A model generated the notes under the pieces. The model saw nothing but the letters and a program-made list of their open reading frames with translations, was not told where the DNA came from and did not search any database. Positions 56,919 through 64,000 of a DNA stretch of 64,000 nt are shown here, piece after piece; the stretch's first letter is position 1; every line of letters starts with the position of its first letter. Origin of the DNA: a virus; IMG/VR virus record IMGVR_UViG_3300042867_001289, positions 64,049 through 128,048 of that record; one strand, written 5' to 3'. Both the position numbers and the translations under genes were made by a program.

Positions 56919-59900
56919 GATTCCCATCTCGCCCGAGTAGTCAAATCCCTAGGGTCTCTAGCAACATTTCCCTCATACTTAAAAATTCCGCCACCATATT
57001 CGCCAAAATTTTCATCCATCATTTGTTGACTTCGCTCACGAGCCGTCATCGTAGGATTAATCTCAGAAAATTCAAGAACAGCCAAATACTCGCCTAATCC
57101 GGGTGCAGAAAGATGAGAATGCCGAGAGGTTTCGCTCTTATTGATAAGGAACTCCAGGAGAGCGGCCTGAGCCTCATTCAAAACAACCGAGTCAAGACCC
57201 TCCCTATAAGCCTGCACTTTTCCCTTCATTAGCCTAGATAACGTCTTATAATAGCTATCAGATCTTGGTCTAAAACCAAGGCGAGCCCACACATAAGTTC
57301 CATCTTCGGCAGCTTGAAGCTCAGTACCTGAAAAACCTGCAGCGTTAAGCCACATGAATGCGTGGGGGTTAAAGACCGATTGAAACCCAGAATTTTTGGC
57401 TTCGTTAGCAAATGGACTATTAAAACCAGCGTCATCACCCATGTATAGAAATGAGTTCTTGGTTATATTATTCCCGATTTGCGGACCATCGTGGATAAGC
57501 CTTGAGAAATGTCCGACCTGTTCCCAGTCGCCTACGTCTTCATTGAATTTAAAAATCTTTCCATAAAATAACCTGGGAATCTCAGTGTTACTGTTAGATT
57601 TGTCTAAAACAGTTTTGAACAGTGACCCGTCTCTAGTCCTAATGGGAATACTTCCATCTTCGACGCTATGCCCCCAAACGCTTTGGGCCCATCTCCATAT
57701 AGCGTCTTGAGCAGCCTTATCGTTAGCAATATCCCTAGCCGCGTTGTACATCTTGTAGAAATCTTCAATGTTTTGAGGATTATAATTTGCATCCAACCAA
57801 GGCGCATCAGTCTGCCCATAACGCTCAACAATATTGTCAGCTAAAACGTTTACACGCGCATCACGAACTCTGTTAATTATAAACTCTGCTTTTTCTTCAA
57901 TATTGACTAATTCTTCGTAAGCGCTATGTACGTCAAGATGTGTCGCGATGGCCGCATCAATTCGTTTTCTCTGCTCAACAATATCAAAACCTTCAAGATC
58001 TTGCTCATTTAAATATTCAACTCTGGCAATACCAATTTTAGAAAGATATGATTCTGATTTCTTGATTAGATTTGTTGCTTTTTGAAAAGATTCAAAATCT
58101 CCACCATCGTAACGCTGTTGTGCAAAGCTGTTAAGTTTTTGGATATTCTCAAGTAGTTCTGTTTCAGTATTATTGAATCTTCTAAAATTTCCAACAATTG
58201 AGTCTAAGGTATCAAGTGAATCTAAAGTTTCAATTAGTTCATATGGCTTATCAATAAATTCTCTTTTTTTATCAAGAGACAATTGTTCCATTTGAATAAC
58301 TGGACGAGTTGAACCCAAAGTTGCATCTGGACGAATGGAGGGTACCTTTGCATTTTCAATTTCATTTATTGACAATTTGAAAGATACAGCATCCTCCACC
58401 TGTGTATTTATTAAATTAATATTATCTGAATCATTTAATTCATCAGAATTGAAAAGAGATTGTAACCCAATCTCAGATTGCAACTCGACAATCCGATCTT
58501 CTAAAATATCAAATTTCTGTCGCGAAATATAAGAACCAGTTCCATCACCCTCTTGCATAGCAGAAATTTGATCTTGCATTTCTTTTAAATCACTTTTAAT
58601 TGAGTCGCTATTTTTATTCAAAGAATTAAAATAATATTTCCGATATTTAGAAATTAAGTTATCGTAAAATTCGACATCATCATCATTTTTTCGTGTAGAT
58701 ACAAGCTTCCTAATAAAACCACTTAACCTGTCACTTGCAATAGCAAAGTCATGCGCTGCTGACTTGCTAGGATTTTCATCAAGTTCAACTAAGGCGGCAT
58801 CCATTCTTTCTGTTAAAAAAGAACCTGTTTCGACAATACTATCTTTTTCTTTTTCTGTAAGCGGCAGCTTTGAGATAGTCGTATTGGCTATAGCATTTTC
58901 CCAAAGTTGAACTGCTGAATCATAATACTCTTTAGCCGCAACATCCCCAGCTAAGCTAATACCCTTAACAGGGTCATCCTTGCTAAATTGAATCCACTTC
59001 TCCAAAAGGAGATCCAAATTATGATTTGCTCCTTCGACGATCTCTTCAGCAGTAATAGATTCATTATCGTATTGATATTCCCATAAATCAGTTACCATCC
59101 TGGCTTTTGATTCATCACTTCTAAATGCCCATAATGCGGCTAAATCATTAGCCTGCAGAACTACTAGTTCTGCATCAGAAAGCGGATCACCTCCATCAAG
59201 TGCATCTCTTTGACGTTCTCGCGTTGGCGCTTCCACACCAGAATCAACAAGGACAGATGCCCGCAAAGCTAGATCTAGTGTTGAGGTGCCCTCTATTGCT
59301 TTCCGCACCCGTTCGGCCTGTTCGTCAACCAGAGCCTGCGCCTCTATATCTCGCTGTCGTTGCCGCATCTTAGTTCTACGATCCGACGCTGCTTGCGACT
59401 CCCGGGCATCAGCTGACTCCCAGCTATCCACCAGGTCGTCACTCACCTTGCGAAAAGCCATAACGTTTAAGTCGTATTGCTCATTGAAATCGTCATAAAT
59501 CTTATTATAAGAATTAGTTAAAGTTGCAAGTTCTTCATCAGAAAATGAATCCAAATCAACCGAGTCAAACATGCTTTCAAAGTCAGCTAATACCTTGTCC
59601 ATTTCATCTAGATATTCTTCATAACCACTTGTGTTAAAACGAAAAAAGTCTTCAAAATCCATTCTAGATCTTGCTAAGGCAGCCCGCCTTTCCAAATCAT
59701 CCATATCTATCTGTTTCCTTGGATCAGAAACCAATCTTTGGGCCTCCTCTGAAAGAGCAGACAGCTTGTCCTGAGCATCAACAAACGCCTCACTCGGAGA
59801 ATCCTCCACCACCGGCTTACTAGCCGCAGGTAACTCATCTCGAACAGTCGCCTTACGCACCCGAGAAGGAGTCTTCGGAGTCTTCTGACGAGCAACATCA

Positions 59901-60400
59901 ACTGAAGCATTCCGCTCACCAGAACGAGAAGGAAGCTGGCTCGCAGCAACAAGATCCCTAATCTGTTCTGCCCCACTCGGAGCAGGCTGCTCCTTCGGAG
60001 TATTATCAAAAATCAGCCCATCACCATCACCATCACGCTTATCAGCATTCGGATCAGAAGCAACGCTCCGCCTTCGCGCCAAAGCCCCCGGAGAAATATC
60101 AGGCGTAACACGCCTACGAGTGCGACCAATACGGTTACCAGCACCACGATTAAAACGCCTACCCAAAATCTTAGTATCATCACCATCAAACTCAGCGACA
60201 AGACGACGCGTAACAGCAGGACCATACTCCCGCCCAAAATCATTCGTTAACTGCCCGCCCCCACTCCCAGGAGGGCAACGAAAACCTTCTAAACTAGAAT
60301 CCCAAACAGCATCATACGACTTCGCAGCAAAAGCATAAGACGCCAAACGTTGATCATAAACAAAAGCACCAACACGGGCATCTATGACTGCTCTTTTCAC
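56915..60400 (-). CDS. Large head-module protein with C-terminal GNAT-like domain (putative virion-packaged effector)
   Basis: N-terminal CPPGSGGGQLT and RDGDGDGLIFDN; long acidic coiled coil; EAKNSGFQSVFN..GFSGTELQAAEDGTYVWARLGF. Confidence 0.65.
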   Translation of the reverse strand: MKRAVIDARVGAFVYDQRLASYAFAAKSYDAVWDSSLEGFRCPPGSGGGQLTNDFGREYGPAVTRRLVAEFDGDDTKILGRRFNRGAGNRIGRTRRRVTPDISPGALARRRSVASDPNADKRDGDGDGLIFDNTPKEQPAPSGAEQIRDLVAASQLPSRSGERNASVDVARQKTPKTPSRVRKATVRDELPAASKPVVEDSPSEAFVDAQDKLSALSEEAQRLVSDPRKQIDMDDLERRAALARSRMDFEDFFRFNTSGYEEYLDEMDKVLADFESMFDSVDLDSFSDEELATLTNSYNKIYDDFNEQYDLNVMAFRKVSDDLVDSWESADARESQAASDRRTKMRQRQRDIEAQALVDEQAERVRKAIEGTSTLDLALRASVLVDSGVEAPTRERQRDALDGGDPLSDAELVVLQANDLAALWAFRSDESKARMVTDLWEYQYDNESITAEEIVEGANHNLDLLLEKWIQFSKDDPVKGISLAGDVAAKEYYDSAVQLWENAIANTTISKLPLTEKEKDSIVETGSFLTERMDAALVELDENPSKSAAHDFAIASDRLSGFIRKLVSTRKNDDDVEFYDNLISKYRKYYFNSLNKNSDSIKSDLKEMQDQISAMQEGDGTGSYISRQKFDILEDRIVELQSEIGLQSLFNSDELNDSDNINLINTQVEDAVSFKLSINEIENAKVPSIRPDATLGSTRPVIQMEQLSLDKKREFIDKPYELIETLDSLDTLDSIVGNFRRFNNTETELLENIQKLNSFAQQRYDGGDFESFQKATNLIKKSESYLSKIGIARVEYLNEQDLEGFDIVEQRKRIDAAIATHLDVHSAYEELVNIEEKAEFIINRVRDARVNVLADNIVERYGQTDAPWLDANYNPQNIEDFYKMYNAARDIANDKAAQDAIWRWAQSVWGHSVEDGSIPIRTRDGSLFKTVLDKSNSNTEIPRLFYGKIFKFNEDVGDWEQVGHFSRLIHDGPQIGNNITKNSFLYMGDDAGFNSPFANEAKNSGFQSVFNPHAFMWLNAAGFSGTELQAAEDGTYVWARLGFRPRSDSYYKTLSRLMKGKVQAYREGLDSVVLNEAQAALLEFLINKSETSRHSHLSAPGLGEYLAVLEFSEINPTMTARERSQQMMDENFGEYGGGIFKYEGNVARDPRDLTTRARWES

Positions 60401-60663
60401 GGTTCAAAAATCCCGACTTTGATTAAGCCTTTAACTTCGTCAGCTAGTTCATCCTCAAAAATTTCATAAAGCTGCTTGCTTGAGTAACCCCAACCGGAAC
60501 AAATGACCGGCTCAAGTTTCTTAATATCTCTGATGTAGATATCTTTTGCCCATTGGTTTGCTTCTTTTTCGTGAGCTGCAGAGCAGTAAACCTCGACACC
60601 TTTGTCGTTTTCGACAAACGCGTACATAAGCTTTTTGTTGTAAATAATTTTTCCAATTCTCAT
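60397..60663 (-). CDS. Small hypothetical protein downstream of the kinase gene
   Basis: AGGAG RBS; 88 aa; stop overlaps the next GTG. Confidence 0.7.
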   Translation of the reverse strand: MRIGKIIYNKKLMYAFVENDKGVEVYCSAAHEKEANQWAKDIYIRDIKKLEPVICSGWGYSSKQLYEIFEDELADEVKGLIKVGIFEP

Positions 60664-60702
60664 CTTTTTCTCCTATTTAAAATATTTGTGAAACCCAAAA
60701 AA

Positions 60703-63700
60703 TCAGACTGCACCGTTTGGAGTAATTGATTCTAGAATAGAATCAGGATCTGTTTCCAAAATCCATTGTATACGATCAGCGGTAGTGCTTACTGACTCGC
60801 TTGCCGTAACGTCGGCACCTGCACCATACATGATTTCAGCTATAGCAGCGCTCACCTCTTTGGCGGAATCTGCATTGCGTAGACGATCTTGTGCCCGCTG
60901 GATGGCGCTTATGAGCTCTGCTCTGGTTTCAACCCAGTTGTCACGACCAGGTCCGCTACGTTTGTAAATTTCCAAAACAATAGGATTTGCCCCCTTTCCG
61001 CCGCCGCTACTGCTTTGGCTCCATTCGCTTAGAGTGGACTCAGGGTCATGAGGGCTCCAACCCGACCCAAATCCCATGCCGTGATCAATTGGGATAAGAT
61101 TGACCCTGCCTTCGGCATCCCTAGTACTCATGATGTTCTGTGTGTGACGGTCGTCGTTAAGGATTGTCCAGTCTAGAAGAGTCATTGATATTAGGTCATC
61201 TGCCCCAATGTCAGTCGGTTCTCCTGCTATACCCATAGAGATGTCGTCACCAAAACTGTTTTGCGCTAATTCGATAACGATTGGTCTGGCAGCAGAGCCT
61301 GTATTACCTACACCGGCTCGAAAGTGGACAAAGGGCCTACCGTCAACGGGTCCTTGTTCTACAGGCCGAGGGGCACCCCATCTGAATGGGCTGGTAGCAA
61401 ACCCCAATCTTTCTGCAATATGCGCTCCGAGCATTTCAGAAAAATCTTCATGAATGCCAACAGAAACACCATTTCCATATTTGATGCCAATGCGTTGTTT
61501 TGTTTCACGGTCATAAAACATTTGTAAGCCGTTAACGCCTTGATCCGAACCGCCGATTGGGAGGAATCTTCCACTGGTAGGGTTATCGGCAATAAAGTCA
61601 ATTAGTTCTTGTTTGTCGTCTTCCCATTCTTTTACTTGATCAGGGCGAGTAGGTTTACGACGAGCTTTTTCCATGGCTACCATTGCAGCTAGATCTGATT
61701 TGGCTTGAATAGTTTCAGCATCAGAAGCATCTAATTTATCTACATATTTTTGGATATCTTCCGGGTCAACATACTGCGCATAACTTGGCAGCTTCAAGGA
61801 GTCGATATCAACACTATTGTCGACAATTGAGTTAGCGAGGAAATCGTCAGGGACTTCAGACAAATCACCACCACCCGAGACATGATCCTTGGCTTCAACA
61901 GCATTGTGGATACCAGGTTCGCCTTCGGCAGGTGTTGCCACCTCGCCTGGCAAGTGGAAACCGGCAGAATCAACGCCACCAAGTTTAGCGTCCAACCCGT
62001 CATCGACTTTTTGGGCTAAACCTGTAGCTGCCTCACGGGCCTCAGAACTGGATTCGCTAGATGGGTCAGAAATACCTTCTGGTTTAGGCGGATACATTTC
62101 GTTGCGTGTACGAACATTACGCTCATCAAGTCTATCTATCTGTTCCATAACAGCTTCGGCTGCAGCTACGTTATTACTCTGCATCAGGCCCCCTGCTTGA
62201 ACCCAGAGTTCCCGAGCGTATTGTTCGCTATCAAAAATGCTTATAGGGCTTTTGCCATCGACTATTGTGTCGACACTAGTTTTAACGCTTTGCACTAGTT
62301 GTTCTTGCTGCTCAGCTTTAGCTTTGGCGCGGGCTTCTCGTTCGTTAACGTCTCGTGCTAGTCGGCTAGAAGTATCTACACGATCAGCAATATCTGAAGT
62401 GACGTCTCTGGGTGTGGAATCGACCGCATCGGAGGTCGTGGGATTAGGAACTACGTCTGGTGCAGCGGCTTGCGCTTTTTCTATATCGTCTAGTTTCTGT
62501 TGCTCATCTTTGAGACCAGCGTCGATAAGCTTGTCTATCATTTGACCTACTCGCATCTGGTCGCGTTGCAGGTATGCGTTTCCAGGTTTGCGGTATGTCC
62601 TAAGTTTTTCTAGGAGCTCTTTGTAAGATTCGCTACCTATCGTGGGGTCGCTGATGGCTGCATCGATTTCTTGTGTGAGTCTTTCAAATCCTTCGTTGTC
62701 GAATTCTGGCGGGCCGGGTGTTTTTAGTGCCCTTGGTGGTGCTGTCCGGCCTTCTGCCTCTATTGGTGGCACTTCTGGTGCCGGTCCAAGAGATGGGGGT
62801 GTTTCGATAGGCTGGTATTGGTCTATTACTTCTGAGGGTTGGATTGCCTCAGGTTGTGCTTCTGGTTGCCCTGGGGGGTTAGCGAATGCTTCCCAGTCAG
62901 GTGGACCGTATTGGCGTGGGGTTTCAGAAGTGACAGGGGTTTCAGGGGTGGCAGGGGTTTCTTCTGATTGCCCTGGAGGGTTAGCGAATGCTTCCCAGTC
63001 AGGTGGATCATATTGGCGTGGGGTTTCAGCGGTGGCAGGTGCTGCTTCTGGTTGCTCTGGAGGAGTTGAATCACCCCATATCTCGTCTTCACTTTTGAGC
63101 GGCTTAGGAACGTATGTAGCTTCAGGAATTTCAATTTTTGGTTCCTGGGGATCAGGTTTAGGCCTCTCAGGATTTGCTTCGCCTTCAGGCGCTTCGCCCT
63201 CAAGCAGGGGGGCTATATTTTCTTCTCGGTCGCGTCGTAAAGTCTCACGAATCCGTTCGGCTCTTTCCCGATTACGCTTCTGAGCAGCAGTTTCCTTAGG
63301 CTTCTCAACAAAAGGATTTGGACCTTCTTCAGGTCGTTCGACTGGCGGCTCTATACCTTCAAAAGGATTCGCAGGGCCCTCGGGATTCTCGGGTGGTGGC
63401 TCTTCATTGAAAGGGTTTGGGCCTTCTTCAGGTGTTTCAGTGGGAGGCTCTATACCTTCGAAAGGATTTGGAGGGCCCTCAGGCTTATCAGCTTCAGGGT
63501 TATCAGCCTCGCCCTCAAGCAGGGGGGCTATATTTTCTTCAGCACCTTCAGGCGGCTTTAGCCTTGCCTGAATCCGTTCGCGCATTTCCCGATTACGCTT
63601 TTGGGTAGCAGTTTCCTTAGGCTTGATAGGTTCGGGGGGAACTTCAGGAGCGCCCTCTGGTTCGCCTGGCTCAGGGGTTCCCTCGGGCTTGTCGGCTTCG

Positions 63701-63999
63701 GGAACATCACCTTCAGGCTTGTCAGCTCCAGGGACATCATCCTCAAGCAGGGGGGCTATGTTCTCTTCACGATCGCGTTCTAAAGCCGTCTGAATGCGTT
63801 CACGCATTTCTCGGTCACGCTTTTGGGCACGCGTCTCTTTGGGCTTTGGTGGTTCTTCCGGCCCACCTGGCTCAGGAGTACCCTCAGGTGCATTCCCTGG
63901 CGGCTCTTCAGTCTCACCCGGCTTCGCCCCCTCAGTCTCACCCGGCTCAGGAGTACCCGGCTTTGAAGTTCCCTCAGCAGCACCACCCTGAGACTCATC
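60703..63999 (-). CDS. Giant Pro/Glu-rich repeat protein with C-terminal HipA/PI3-PI4-kinase-like domain (5'-partial)
   Basis: Frame stays open from 63999 (DESQGGAAEG..) into the track ORF; GVNG..IKY..SEMLGAHIAERLG..LLDWTILNDDRHTQN..PIDHGMGF. Confidence 0.8.
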   Translation of the reverse strand, partial: DESQGGAAEGTSKPGTPEPGETEGAKPGETEEPPGNAPEGTPEPGGPEEPPKPKETRAQKRDREMRERIQTALERDREENIAPLLEDDVPGADKPEGDVPEADKPEGTPEPGEPEGAPEVPPEPIKPKETATQKRNREMRERIQARLKPPEGAEENIAPLLEGEADNPEADKPEGPPNPFEGIEPPTETPEEGPNPFNEEPPPENPEGPANPFEGIEPPVERPEEGPNPFVEKPKETAAQKRNRERAERIRETLRRDREENIAPLLEGEAPEGEANPERPKPDPQEPKIEIPEATYVPKPLKSEDEIWGDSTPPEQPEAAPATAETPRQYDPPDWEAFANPPGQSEETPATPETPVTSETPRQYGPPDWEAFANPPGQPEAQPEAIQPSEVIDQYQPIETPPSLGPAPEVPPIEAEGRTAPPRALKTPGPPEFDNEGFERLTQEIDAAISDPTIGSESYKELLEKLRTYRKPGNAYLQRDQMRVGQMIDKLIDAGLKDEQQKLDDIEKAQAAAPDVVPNPTTSDAVDSTPRDVTSDIADRVDTSSRLARDVNEREARAKAKAEQQEQLVQSVKTSVDTIVDGKSPISIFDSEQYARELWVQAGGLMQSNNVAAAEAVMEQIDRLDERNVRTRNEMYPPKPEGISDPSSESSSEAREAATGLAQKVDDGLDAKLGGVDSAGFHLPGEVATPAEGEPGIHNAVEAKDHVSGGGDLSEVPDDFLANSIVDNSVDIDSLKLPSYAQYVDPEDIQKYVDKLDASDAETIQAKSDLAAMVAMEKARRKPTRPDQVKEWEDDKQELIDFIADNPTSGRFLPIGGSDQGVNGLQMFYDRETKQRIGIKYGNGVSVGIHEDFSEMLGAHIAERLGFATSPFRWGAPRPVEQGPVDGRPFVHFRAGVGNTGSAARPIVIELAQNSFGDDISMGIAGEPTDIGADDLISMTLLDWTILNDDRHTQNIMSTRDAEGRVNLIPIDHGMGFGSGWSPHDPESTLSEWSQSSSGGGKGANPIVLEIYKRSGPGRDNWVETRAELISAIQRAQDRLRNADSAKEVSAAIAEIMYGAGADVTASESVSTTADRIQWILETDPDSILESITPNGAV

Positions 64000-64000
64000 A

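Noticed and set aside
1-64000. tRNA, rRNA, integrase, transposase, intron or intein
   Set aside because: No cloverleaf/T-loop signatures in the short intergenic gaps and no such protein motifs recognised; NrdJ and MCP appear uninterrupted. A tRNAscan/Infernal run would be needed to be certain

Overview
This window is about 64 kb of a tailed dsDNA phage (Caudoviricetes) with a contractile tail. The host is almost certainly in Actinomycetota: the window has two WhiB genes, an actinophage-type amidase/holin, and leaderless promoters. Acidimicrobiia is a tentative guess. Most of the minus strand is one morphogenesis region, read right to left: giant low-complexity proteins, HK97-fold major capsid, head-tail connectors, sheath, tube, chaperones, tape measure, baseplate, about 25 kb of PKD/beta-propeller/collagen/GH/esterase tail appendage genes, and the lysis cassette. 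Portal, large terminase and prohead protease were not recognised in the window. A mostly plus-strand block (PhyH dioxygenase, methyltransferase, class II RNR) sits between capsid and connector genes. The best candidate for an undescribed system is a set of three large head-module proteins with disordered N-termini and C-terminal enzyme domains: one HipA/PI3K-like kinase and two GNAT-like folds. Each has a small neighbouring gene, and two share a DxDxDGLIxDN..EQxAP motif, which suggests capsid-packaged effectors with cognate inhibitors. Also notable are a WhiB/IbrA-like PP-loop/IbrB-like ParB operon (possible DNA modification), a protamine-like Arg-rich protein, three coupled ribbon-helix-helix genes beside phased direct repeats, and extreme patchy AC/GT strand skew. 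All calls come from motif recognition by eye; no database searches were run.
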